A stretch of DNA of 64,000 nt, taken from positions 372,001 through 436,000 of the forward strand of contig JAUFOR010000006.1 in the NCBI GenBank assembly GCA_040285745.1, written 5' to 3'. The notes beneath the pieces were generated by a model. It was not told the origin of the DNA. It made no database searches and saw nothing but the letters and a program-made list of their open reading frames with translations. A program made the translations under genes and the position numbers. Source of the stretch: Barthelona sp. PCE. Its lineage: Eukaryota. This document shows positions 1 through 9,385 of the stretch, one piece after another; position 1 is the stretch's first letter; every line of letters starts with the position of its first letter.

Positions 1-1
1 G

Positions 2-454
2 TACCTTCATGTCGGTGACTACATGCCTATTAACACTGTGCTGCATGACAACCTCGTGTCCTTCGGTTTTCTCGTATAGTATAACATAACCATCCCTGCC
101 TCCAGTCCACAGCATCTCCTTGGTGCAACCCACTCCCATTATGGGGAAATTGTGTTGCCCTTCGAGAATTTCATATTCTTTCAGGTTACTGGAGAGTAAA
201 TACGCTCTTTTTCTCCTACCACCAACTATATATTCTTGTTGCATATCAATTAATTGTGCAGAACACATAATCTCCTCTTTGTCCAGCGATATTTCTACAT
301 CATTCTCATCAGACTGAATCTGGACGAGATGAACAATGTTTGAGGTCGAATAAAGAAATCTATCCCCGTTTGCACATAAAATACTCCATACTGGAGGCTT
401 AAAAACTTCTTCTGCTTTTTCAGTATATTCATCATCAAAATCCTCAACTGACAT
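2..454 (-). CDS. WD40-repeat protein, N-terminal part (runs off window start)
   Basis: Not in ORF track. Manual translation from ATG at 454: MSVEDFDDEYTEKAEEVFKPPVWSILC...LEGQHNFPIMGVGCTKEMLWTGGRDGYVILYE..., open to the window edge. The H...TGGRDG.V.LY pattern fits a WD40 blade. Confidence 0.7.
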   Translation of the reverse strand, partial: MSVEDFDDEYTEKAEEVFKPPVWSILCANGDRFLYSTSNIVHLVQIQSDENDVEISLDKEEIMCSAQLIDMQQEYIVGGRRKRAYLLSSNLKEYEILEGQHNFPIMGVGCTKEMLWTGGRDGYVILYEKTEGHEVVMQHSVNRHVVTDMKV

Positions 455-585
455 GCGAAAATCGTGCTCATTCAGTCTCGGAACGCAGCATCTGCAGAAA
501 CTTCTGCAAAAACTCATTGTGTAAAGGGATAATTGACTGTTTGCATTTATATTACTCTTTACTGGGTGACTTACTCTTTAACCAC

Positions 586-1722
586 ATGCATTTCACCGGG
601 CAACATATTTATTCCAATAAGCTTTTCACATCAAAGCATTCTGAGTACTCACTCACTGTTAAGCAACTCTTTACACTTACAGATGAAAAAGATGAAACTG
701 TGGAACAACCCTTGGGCATGTACCTAACTACGTTCTGTTATGAGCCTGCAGTGATCCAGGAAATCAGAAAGCATGTGGATAATGATCGACCTATTCACAT
801 TTTCTCAGATTTTCCAGGAATCCCTCCTTCTGGTGTTGCCATTGATGAAAATCTGCGTGTTGCATTGGTTGGGTGCAGTGCCTTAGGGCAAAAAATATTC
901 CATGCTAAACTTTTCCTGATCAAATTTAATAATTTCCTCCGAATATGTATTTCAACTGGCAATCTTGATTCTGTGTGTATGTTTCACCTCATTAATAACT
1001 TTTGGGTTATTGATATCCCGAAACTCGAGGAAACACAACATGAACTTCCAAAAAACACATTCCTGCATGATTTACAAGGATTTCTCGCCACAATAGGTGT
1101 ACCATACGGTTTCTTAAGCAACTATGACCACCGGAGTATAGAGAATCTGGGTGCAAAGCTCATATGGTCGATTCCATTAAACGAGGGCTTGATTCCTGCC
1201 TTTGCAAAAGAAATTCACTCAGACATATTACAACGTCCGTTACAACGTTTTGGACGGCTTCAAGAAGGTGAACTATGGGCTCTCGCCTCAAGTATTGGAA
1301 ACCTTAGCAGCTCCTCTATGAAACAATACTGCAGTGCATTTGGAGTTGATAAGATTGTTGTTTTCTATCCAAGCACTCAATATATTACCAGAAATCGGTT
1401 GCAGAACTCGTCTCGCAACTTCTTCTATCCAGGCAAGCGGCCGGTTGAGTGCCTCAGCGAGTATAAACCGCTTGAGCACAAGAAATTATCACACTCTAAG
1501 CTAATGTACCGGATGGAAGAGGGTATTCTCACACATATGTACATTGGATCGCACAATCTCAGTTCTGCAGCCTGGGGCAAGTACACCACAAAATATTCGC
1601 CGAGAAACATCGAGTTAGGTGTATGGCTCTCTGCTGATTCCCTGCTAAATGCACCCCTTCACTTTGTTTTTGAGGAGAGTTCCCTTCCAATAGCCAGTGC
1701 ATTCGACCGTAACAAGATATAA
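586..1722 (+). CDS. TDP1: Tyrosyl-DNA phosphodiesterase 1
   Basis: Two HxK..N motifs: FHAKLFLIKFNNFLRICISTGNL and SHSKLMY...YIGSHNLSSAAWG, plus RNIELGV. First ATG is at 586; the track starts at TTG 517. Confidence 0.9.
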   Translation: MHFTGQHIYSNKLFTSKHSEYSLTVKQLFTLTDEKDETVEQPLGMYLTTFCYEPAVIQEIRKHVDNDRPIHIFSDFPGIPPSGVAIDENLRVALVGCSALGQKIFHAKLFLIKFNNFLRICISTGNLDSVCMFHLINNFWVIDIPKLEETQHELPKNTFLHDLQGFLATIGVPYGFLSNYDHRSIENLGAKLIWSIPLNEGLIPAFAKEIHSDILQRPLQRFGRLQEGELWALASSIGNLSSSSMKQYCSAFGVDKIVVFYPSTQYITRNRLQNSSRNFFYPGKRPVECLSEYKPLEHKKLSHSKLMYRMEEGILTHMYIGSHNLSSAAWGKYTTKYSPRNIELGVWLSADSLLNAPLHFVFEESSLPIASAFDRNKI

Positions 1723-1739
1723 TTGATGATTTTTAAAAT

Positions 1740-3833
1740 TTACTCAAGATCAATATTGAAGCGGAACGACCACTCTGTGTCGATAGACCATTGAGGGAAG
1801 TTTGTAGCCCAAGCAGTGTTGAACATATTAGCGTGAAAACCTCCATTCTCAACATCAGGAATTCTATCTTCAAAATTGAGAAGGTGTGGCGACTCGGGAG
1901 CAACAAGCGCAGAATCAAGTGGGGTGATCTTCATTCCATCAAAACCAAAAGAGTCACAACCGTGCAAGAACTGTCCTGCACTCTTGACATTGTTGGAAGG
2001 TGAAACACGTGATCCGAGCTTTTGAATGAATGCACCAGTGCGTACGATTGGGTTGAACTCCATCCACAACGCCTCGGGAATACGTGTTGTCTTCTTTCCG
2101 AAGAAGTCAGCTCTAACTGAAATCTTGCCATCCTCCGAAAACGTATAGTAAATAATAACAGAATCAGGCTTGCCATTGTTCGGATCGACACATTCTTCAA
2201 GCGTTCCTGTGACGACAATTTCAAGGGTAGATTCAACGGAAACAGCATAATACACGTTGTCTCTGACAAATCGTGCTTCACATCGTTCAACATGATAATT
2301 CTGGAAGCCCCACTTCCCGAAATCCATACGCGTCCACGATTGGCTTGGAATGTTATAGTACTTGTTAATGTACTGATTGAGAAAACGCTTATAATCGCTG
2401 TTATTGAACGTCTGATACATAACACCGCCGATGCGGTTCGAATCGGACACGATTGGATTTCCTTTGTAAGTAGCAGAGATGATGCTTCCGTCAGCCCCAA
2501 CCCTGATATCCTCAAAGTGATGGAACGAAAATCCACGATTCATATCAGCAGCACTAATGTATTGGGATAAATCCAAACGCGCAAACCCAACTATTTCATC
2601 GAGATCCCGAGTGAGAACAACGCGCAAGTGATTGCTTGGCTCAAGCATGCTTAAAGCGTCTTCGACCAATGCCCGATAGCTGCGCCAAACACCTTCAACA
2701 AATTGAATATCCTTATCTGCCCTGTGTTTTGTAAAGTCAGCGTTAAGCCAAACATCTTCATACCCGGGCATGTAGACCTTGTTATCGATCGACCACGTGT
2801 GCTCCATGGGTCGGGACATCATAAGAATAAAATCATCATAGGCAGATACAGGAATGAAATACCTCAATTCCTCAACACGACGACATACGGCACGGTGCGC
2901 TGCCATTCGGATGGGATCGCTACCATACCCATGAATCCAAGAGTCACCAATCTCTTTCGTGACAACAGGTAGCTGGCCCTTGTGCATGTGTGCATATTCA
3001 AAAAAAATGTCGTATGAAGAAGCCTTGATAACAGCATTTGGATATCTGCGTGTCAGGTTATGGTAATAAGAGCGAATGAGTTCAGAAGAATCAGGTGGGC
3101 CGTGATTGTCGCCAAGGAAGTAGAAGTCGAGTGCTTCAGTCCAGTCAGTGCTATTAAGAGCTGAGGGGCCACCATATCCAGCATGATGATAAGCAACAAC
3201 GAGCTCACCATCAATACCATCAGGACGCCACACAAACATCTTCTCAGTGTCTGGCCATGAGCTCGCCTTGTTGATGCCCACGTGCATAGAATGTACATTA
3301 TGCCTGTTAAGAATGGGTACTGCGCCGGCAGTGACACCTGGAACGTCCTTCAATGAGAAAACTCCACTGTTCTTAATGCCAAGCACGTTTGCTAGATCAC
3401 GCACAATTGATAGGACACCGTCTACCATGAACTCACATGACCCCTCGGCCTCTGGGTTGTATGGAAATGCATGCATCATGATATACCCAGATTGCATGTG
3501 GTCTTTCATGATGGTTTTGTTGGCAGCCGAAACTGCATCGCTGTCAAAGAATTTCTTAATCAAGTAAGGCTGTGTAGTGTACTTAAATTCGTTTTCAGAG
3601 CCTTTTAATTCTTCAATTAATCTAAAGGCACGAGGAAACAATTTCTCGTTGTATAAAGTCACTACATCAGCTGGAATTGCAGTAAAACCGATATCCAAAT
3701 GATTTTGAAATAACAAGTGCACTTTTTTGATGTGTGGATAAACTCCAGTATCAACAACTGGATCCACCCACGAATAAGCACATGAAAAGCATAAGATAAA
3801 TAAGAATGATACAATTAAGAACGCTCTACCCAT
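1740..3833 (-). CDS. Secreted/lysosomal glycoside hydrolase, GH38-N-like / DUF5054 family
   Basis: Signal peptide; VHLLFQNHLDIGFT metal-binding start, DVPG, DNHGPP, LPVVTKEIGDSWIHGYGSDP, EHTW, C-terminal NTAWATNFPQW. Confidence 0.75.
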   Translation of the reverse strand: MGRAFLIVSFLFILCFSCAYSWVDPVVDTGVYPHIKKVHLLFQNHLDIGFTAIPADVVTLYNEKLFPRAFRLIEELKGSENEFKYTTQPYLIKKFFDSDAVSAANKTIMKDHMQSGYIMMHAFPYNPEAEGSCEFMVDGVLSIVRDLANVLGIKNSGVFSLKDVPGVTAGAVPILNRHNVHSMHVGINKASSWPDTEKMFVWRPDGIDGELVVAYHHAGYGGPSALNSTDWTEALDFYFLGDNHGPPDSSELIRSYYHNLTRRYPNAVIKASSYDIFFEYAHMHKGQLPVVTKEIGDSWIHGYGSDPIRMAAHRAVCRRVEELRYFIPVSAYDDFILMMSRPMEHTWSIDNKVYMPGYEDVWLNADFTKHRADKDIQFVEGVWRSYRALVEDALSMLEPSNHLRVVLTRDLDEIVGFARLDLSQYISAADMNRGFSFHHFEDIRVGADGSIISATYKGNPIVSDSNRIGGVMYQTFNNSDYKRFLNQYINKYYNIPSQSWTRMDFGKWGFQNYHVERCEARFVRDNVYYAVSVESTLEIVVTGTLEECVDPNNGKPDSVIIYYTFSEDGKISVRADFFGKKTTRIPEALWMEFNPIVRTGAFIQKLGSRVSPSNNVKSAGQFLHGCDSFGFDGMKITPLDSALVAPESPHLLNFEDRIPDVENGGFHANMFNTAWATNFPQWSIDTEWSFRFNIDLE

Positions 3834-4214
3834 TTAAAAATACACAAAAAGAATGAAAGAAGATGAAAGAATGAAAAGCAGGTTTCTTTTCATAAAATCA
3901 CCTTATGATTTGGCTTATTAAGAATTATGTGTACATATATTCTCATTGACACACTGAAAAGTGAGAAAATACTCAGAGTATGAAAGTAAGTTGTTCTTAC
4001 ATTTAAATCTCTCTATAGATAAAGTTCTTTGATAAGGTTATTGGGGCTTTTTTGATAGGGTTAATGGTATATTTTTTGGGGGGTTTTATGAATATGACAT
4101 ACTTTCCTACTTTTTCTACCTGCATAAGAACCTTTAAGTCACTAAAAATCCACTTTTAGATACATTTATATTAGATAAATAGTTTTTCAAGTGATTTGGG
4201 ATTAAAAAGATTTA

Positions 4215-4808
4215 TTATTGTTCGGTTTCAGACTCTTGTTGTGTTTCAATTTCACTTTTTTTAGTTTTTTCTTCATCTTCTTTGTTTTTTGTCTCAATTT
4301 CCAGAAGATTTTTCTGATTCCATCGGGAGTCAAATGACTGAATTCTTTCTGCAGACATATTATCGTATGTTGTGATTGTTTCGGTCTCACCATCCTTTGT
4401 GGTAGTGATTATTCGTTGTTTTTCGTTACCTAAGCGCTTTTCAATCATGATTTTTTTCTTGCCAGTTTTGGAATTATAAGTCTCAGTTTTCTTGTAGAAG
4501 CAATGAACAGGTTCGATGGGATCGTCGGAAATAGAATTACTAAGACGATCAAGCGACTTTACGTTGCGATTTTTTCGGTTGAAGCGCTTGCGATAGCGAC
4601 CGTGATGCTTTTTTCCTTTCTTTTTGTTTTGTTTTTCTTTCAATGTTTCAATGGGTTTGGATTCGTCAAATGCGTTACATTCATTTGTTGAATTGGGATA
4701 AACAACCTCAAATTCAATCACAGGAATCATGTGATGCTTTGGCTTTGGGTATCTCCGGCGACGACGATAAAAGGGGGTAAAAGCGTTAATATTAGATGTA
4801 ATAAACAT
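4215..4808 (-). CDS. Myeloid leukemia factor (MLF)-like protein
   Basis: C-terminal NSKTGKKKIMIEKRLGNEKQRII...TYDNMSAERIQSFDSRW resembles the MLF core (DS.SG.EKMAIGHHI.DR...F.NM.E.DA..FD.EW); the N-half is basic and low complexity. Confidence 0.6.
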   Translation of the reverse strand: MFITSNINAFTPFYRRRRRYPKPKHHMIPVIEFEVVYPNSTNECNAFDESKPIETLKEKQNKKKGKKHHGRYRKRFNRKNRNVKSLDRLSNSISDDPIEPVHCFYKKTETYNSKTGKKKIMIEKRLGNEKQRIITTTKDGETETITTYDNMSAERIQSFDSRWNQKNLLEIETKNKEDEEKTKKSEIETQQESETEQ

Positions 4809-5133
4809 AGTAAATGAATAGAGTAGTATAATGTAAAGTGAGAATAGAGGAAAACACTCAATTCAAGGGGATTTAGGTCCATAGGCCCATGTTACACTAT
4901 TTTAAAATGCTAATTTGTGGATATATATTCCTATTTATTATATTTACAGCCCATAAATTAAGCTAATGATGGGTTTGAGCCTTGGAGGTCCACCTATAAT
5001 AAATACCTGCAAAAAGCATTTTTACAAACAACTGAATTAGTAATAGAGAATAAAATCACCCCACAGCTAAAGAAATTAGCAGAAACGAAAACAAACTTGT
5101 TTTTCTTTTAGTATTCCTTTACATTTCCGCGTT

Positions 5134-5856
5134 ATGGAAGGATGGATCTTTGTATCTTTATACCATGTATTTGCTGCAGTATATCTGTCAATAGCACGTG
5201 TATACATGGATAAACCAATTGTAACTTTCTGGTATTCTATCTGGTTAATACTAACGATCGTATCATACACGCTAACTGTGATGTTTCAGGGAGAATTGCG
5301 CCCAGGGCAGTGGGATCTAGTTCAAGATATTGAAGATGGCGAGGGTATTTCAGAATTTTACTTTTGTGAGCATTGCCAACAACGTTTGCCAATAAGAGCA
5401 AAACATTGTAGGGAGTTGAAGGTGTGTTATGCTCGATTTGATCACTATTGTTGGTGGATAGGCGCTGTGGGAACCAATCAGTTACCTTTCACTTTATTTA
5501 CCATTTTTGAATTCTTATATTTGATTTGTTATGCTGGCATGCTTCTTGAGGTTCTTTTTCACCTTGATAATAGTATTCTTACCCTTTTTGGAGTGATTTT
5601 TGCAATCAGCTGTTTATTCTTCATTATTTTCACATTTATGGTTGCATGCTTTAATTTATATTCCATTTCTGTCAATGAAACACAATGGGAGATGGAATCA
5701 AGACATAAAATCACATACTTGAAAAACAGAAAGCAAAACCCTTTTGATCATGGTGTTTTTCGCAATATTGCCTTAGCTTTTATCGATTTTAAGCGATCAA
5801 TCACTCGCGTAGACTTCCCATATAATTACCATCCTGATATCATGAAATCATCATAA
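5134..5856 (+). CDS. DHHC-family palmitoyltransferase (DHYC variant)
   Basis: FCEHCQQRLPIRAKHC....CYARFDHYCWWIGAVG, four TM segments, NETQWE (TTxE-like) and NPFDHGVFRNI (PaCCT) motifs. Confidence 0.9.
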   Translation: MEGWIFVSLYHVFAAVYLSIARVYMDKPIVTFWYSIWLILTIVSYTLTVMFQGELRPGQWDLVQDIEDGEGISEFYFCEHCQQRLPIRAKHCRELKVCYARFDHYCWWIGAVGTNQLPFTLFTIFEFLYLICYAGMLLEVLFHLDNSILTLFGVIFAISCLFFIIFTFMVACFNLYSISVNETQWEMESRHKITYLKNRKQNPFDHGVFRNIALAFIDFKRSITRVDFPYNYHPDIMKSS

Positions 5857-5883
5857 TGTAAATAGAATTCTTTTGTGCACCAA

Positions 5884-7773
5884 CTACGACAGCATTCTGA
5901 AATGAAGAAATCCGTTACGATATACAATATCTGCATTACGAACAAAGTGCAACAAGTTTATCCTCATAATTTCGTGTGAAAAGTTCGCTTCCTCCGCATT
6001 GAACTTTAAAACATCATAAACAAACTCAAAATCTTCCACCAAACTATGTACTCGATATAAAACACCAGCTTCACCCTGGTAGTACATGAATTTCATGCTA
6101 TTATACGTTGAATCCATTGGAATATCACATAAAACCTCAATCAAATCTTCGCCATTACACAGGTAAACCTTATCCAAGTACAAAAGATGATACTTATCCA
6201 AAAATTCCACAACTGGTGATCCTATTATTCCACAGTATTCAAAAAGAGGAAATGCAATAACACCTTCTTCCCACATATTATAAACAATAAAAATACAAAG
6301 TCTACCATCTTCATCAAAAACCTCCAGATAGACCATATCGGGATTATGAATATTAACATTAAAGAATAACCCTGTTGATTCCAAAAAATAATTGGCAGTA
6401 TCCACGACTGTTCCGTCTTTGAAAACCCACCAAACGATGCCCTTTGTCAAATACAGGTGACAAATGTTCCCAATGAATCTAACGCTCATCACTTCATTAC
6501 ACACCGTTCCATCACATGATATCGCTGTATTGTCTCGAACTCCAATGATCCCATACTCATTACCAACGATCATCATATCCTTTGCATCCTCAAACACTGT
6601 ACTACATAAAACACGGTTAGAGCTTGTGTGTACAACCTCTGTAAATGTCTCTCTGATGCGAATATAGCTGTCTTTGTTTACGTGAACTAAAGCATTTTTG
6701 TAATTCTCTACTATTTCATTGTTGAAACATGGATCTGCTCTAAAAATATGTAAAGTATTAAGCCATGGAGCTAAGTATATGCTACATCCATAAGTTCTCA
6801 TAACAGGCACCTCTCTTTGTGAAGAGCATGAAAAATACATACACCTTGTCAAGGTTAGCAATGTAGTTGGAGGGACATATTTAACTTGAAGACGAACTGT
6901 TTGCGTGTGTCCCAACACATTATGCAATAAGCTCCCAACGTATAATGTCTTACCCGGTGGTGACAGAGCTGTGTCAAAAACATAGCCTTGTTTGGTAATT
7001 TTCAACGTCTGATTCTGTCTACTCACAAGGTACAGTTCGTCATCAACATAGTAAGCATACGCAAGCAACATTTCTGATGGAATATCGTAAGAAATAGGAG
7101 AAGCAAATGCGCTGTGGTTAACAGACCCGATGAGAAACATGCTGTTACCAATTGTAATGATGTCCTTGTATATAGGGTGATTATACACTTCAACAACATT
7201 GTGATAACTATGTTCTCCCCTAAAAAATTCTGCCAAGTCCCAGCTATAGACCACGTTCAAAATAATCAACTCATTATCAACATCAACTATAACATGTTCT
7301 CCATCATGAATAAAATGTGCATAATATGTGTTAGTATGAGGAAATTTCACCAACCTTTTGAAACCACCATAATGAACACAATCCTGTGAAGCAAAATTGA
7401 AGTGGTTCATTCCATTTTCATCCAAACAAAGCATATCTGTATCTCTAACAACAGCAGCAAAAATTCCTAAACGTCTCTGAACAGTTACTTCATGAATTTT
7501 CAATACTTTGCTGTTTACGACATGAAAAAATTGCAACTCAATGCAAAATGAAAAATCAATACTAAAAAGCTTATTTGCGCTGTTTTTGCAGCGTTGCAGA
7601 TTAAAAATAGTGGAATACATGCTCTTTGATAGTATTTTCGGTACAATACCGAACGCATAATAATGATCATAATGAGAAAATATTTCATTACTTCTCAAAG
7701 TATAAAACAGCCCATTTTCATGCGGAACAAAGTGCTTTCCACACTTTGTAATACTTGAACTAAGCCTTGGCAC
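5884..7773 (-). CDS. Orphan beta-rich protein, lineage-specific family member 1 (GTG at the expected start)
   Basis: 629-codon ORF beginning GTG-CCA-AGG (VPR..., paralogs start MPR...). Composition and C-terminal RINLLHFVRNADIV motif are shared with the ORFs at 9386, 13513 and 20151. Confidence 0.75.
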   Translation of the reverse strand: MPRLSSSITKCGKHFVPHENGLFYTLRSNEIFSHYDHYYAFGIVPKILSKSMYSTIFNLQRCKNSANKLFSIDFSFCIELQFFHVVNSKVLKIHEVTVQRRLGIFAAVVRDTDMLCLDENGMNHFNFASQDCVHYGGFKRLVKFPHTNTYYAHFIHDGEHVIVDVDNELIILNVVYSWDLAEFFRGEHSYHNVVEVYNHPIYKDIITIGNSMFLIGSVNHSAFASPISYDIPSEMLLAYAYYVDDELYLVSRQNQTLKITKQGYVFDTALSPPGKTLYVGSLLHNVLGHTQTVRLQVKYVPPTTLLTLTRCMYFSCSSQREVPVMRTYGCSIYLAPWLNTLHIFRADPCFNNEIVENYKNALVHVNKDSYIRIRETFTEVVHTSSNRVLCSTVFEDAKDMMIVGNEYGIIGVRDNTAISCDGTVCNEVMSVRFIGNICHLYLTKGIVWWVFKDGTVVDTANYFLESTGLFFNVNIHNPDMVYLEVFDEDGRLCIFIVYNMWEEGVIAFPLFEYCGIIGSPVVEFLDKYHLLYLDKVYLCNGEDLIEVLCDIPMDSTYNSMKFMYYQGEAGVLYRVHSLVEDFEFVYDVLKFNAEEANFSHEIMRINLLHFVRNADIVYRNGFLHFRMLS

Positions 7774-7913
7774 TGCAAAAAAGTGAAAAAAGTTAGAAAG
7801 AGAGATATAAAGTCACAAACCCAAACAAATATCTGAATGATTTATTAACAACAAAAGCTTTATGTCAATTGTACAATGTACCACCGCGCTTCTATGAGAT
7901 ATACACTGAAGAA

Positions 7914-9059
7914 TTAATCAATCCTAAATGCTTCATGAAAACCTGGAAATAAATCACTGTCAGTAACATCTCTTTGACAAACATACTCTTTGGCTGCTAA
8001 TACAGTTCTCTCCAAGATCTTGCTGTGTCTTGAAAGAGTACTTGATCGATTTGCTAATGCTGTTAACCCCCTGATTGTTTCATAACTCTCCATATACTTG
8101 CGATAGCTCAAAACAAGACAGAGTGCTTCACCAATGACTGAAAAATACGTACAATATATGGAATCCGCTCTGGATCGAAGAATGCTAGCTGCAAAAATCC
8201 CTGAATCGATGTCTGAAGTAACCAAAGCATAGATAACTGTTGAGTAAAGTCCAAAAAGTCCAAAAAACCTCTCTTCCAAGCTTTTAGGCTGCATTAAAGC
8301 GTCGTGCTTTGAAAATGGAGCAAAAAATTGGTTCGCTAAAAAATTCAAAATAGGCTTTGCATCATCTTCACACTCTAAATACAAATCGTGATAAATATAC
8401 TTCATTTCCTCAATATTCATACTTGTAGAAAAGAAAGATGACAGTAAAAGAATGAAAGACTTCTCAATTCCCATATCATCTGTACAAACATCATTGCCCG
8501 ACAATAAATTGCACAACACGTTATTTGCATGTGTTAACTCGCCAGTTATCTGCTCTTCGAGAAATGAAAATACATGAATAAACTGAATATTCCCTCCAAT
8601 TCTATTCAAAATTCGGTCGATTGCAACTTTTTTCTTCTCGTCCTCTATGCTCAATAAAAAGTCACTATATGTTGTTAAATATGAGCATAGCTCCTCAAAA
8701 GGATCTTTAAATCGTTTGTTATCGGTAAAAAACAACAATAAATTACAAACCCACACTTTAGATACGAATAAAGCTAATCTATCTCTATTACGGATAGCTA
8801 TATCCACTGATAGCATTGATATTCTCAAAGCTTCACTGTATCTCCCTGCCTGATACAGATTAGAAATTAAAACAAGTTGCCCTGCCAAATGATTAAGAGA
8901 TATGTCTGATTTTTCAATGCATTCCTCAATATTAAATGGCTTTAACACGTCCATATCATTCATATATGTGAAACAAGTGAGAAACACAAAAACAACACCT
9001 ATTGAGTAAAATGCAACTCGGGCCTTTAAACAAAAGCTTGAAATATATTTTAAGGCCAT
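7914..9059 (-). CDS. Hypothetical alpha-helical (TPR-like) protein
   Basis: 381-codon ORF; LYQAGRYSEALRI is TPR-like. True start may be ATG 8963 (MNDMDV), which follows a pyrimidine tract. Confidence 0.65.
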   Translation of the reverse strand: MALKYISSFCLKARVAFYSIGVVFVFLTCFTYMNDMDVLKPFNIEECIEKSDISLNHLAGQLVLISNLYQAGRYSEALRISMLSVDIAIRNRDRLALFVSKVWVCNLLLFFTDNKRFKDPFEELCSYLTTYSDFLLSIEDEKKKVAIDRILNRIGGNIQFIHVFSFLEEQITGELTHANNVLCNLLSGNDVCTDDMGIEKSFILLLSSFFSTSMNIEEMKYIYHDLYLECEDDAKPILNFLANQFFAPFSKHDALMQPKSLEERFFGLFGLYSTVIYALVTSDIDSGIFAASILRSRADSIYCTYFSVIGEALCLVLSYRKYMESYETIRGLTALANRSSTLSRHSKILERTVLAAKEYVCQRDVTDSDLFPGFHEAFRID

Positions 9060-9385
9060 GTTGAGTGTTCAACAACCATAAGAAATAAAAAAAATGATAA
9101 TATTTGAACGACAGGCTCATGTGGTTTCATTACAAACTGTATTTCCTTGATTTCAAGGGTGTATAGTCAAATTTTACAACATATTACACCATGCAAAAGT
9201 GAAAAACTTTTCATATACTCATTTAAAAAATTCACATAGAAAATCAATCGTACAGTAAAACTACCCCTGCCAAACATTAAAGTGCTGTATTTTTTAACAA
9301 TAACAATTATGAGTGAACAACAAACTAAACTACAAAAATCTGCTCAACATCACAATTCCTCCCTTTACTCAATGCACAATATCAT

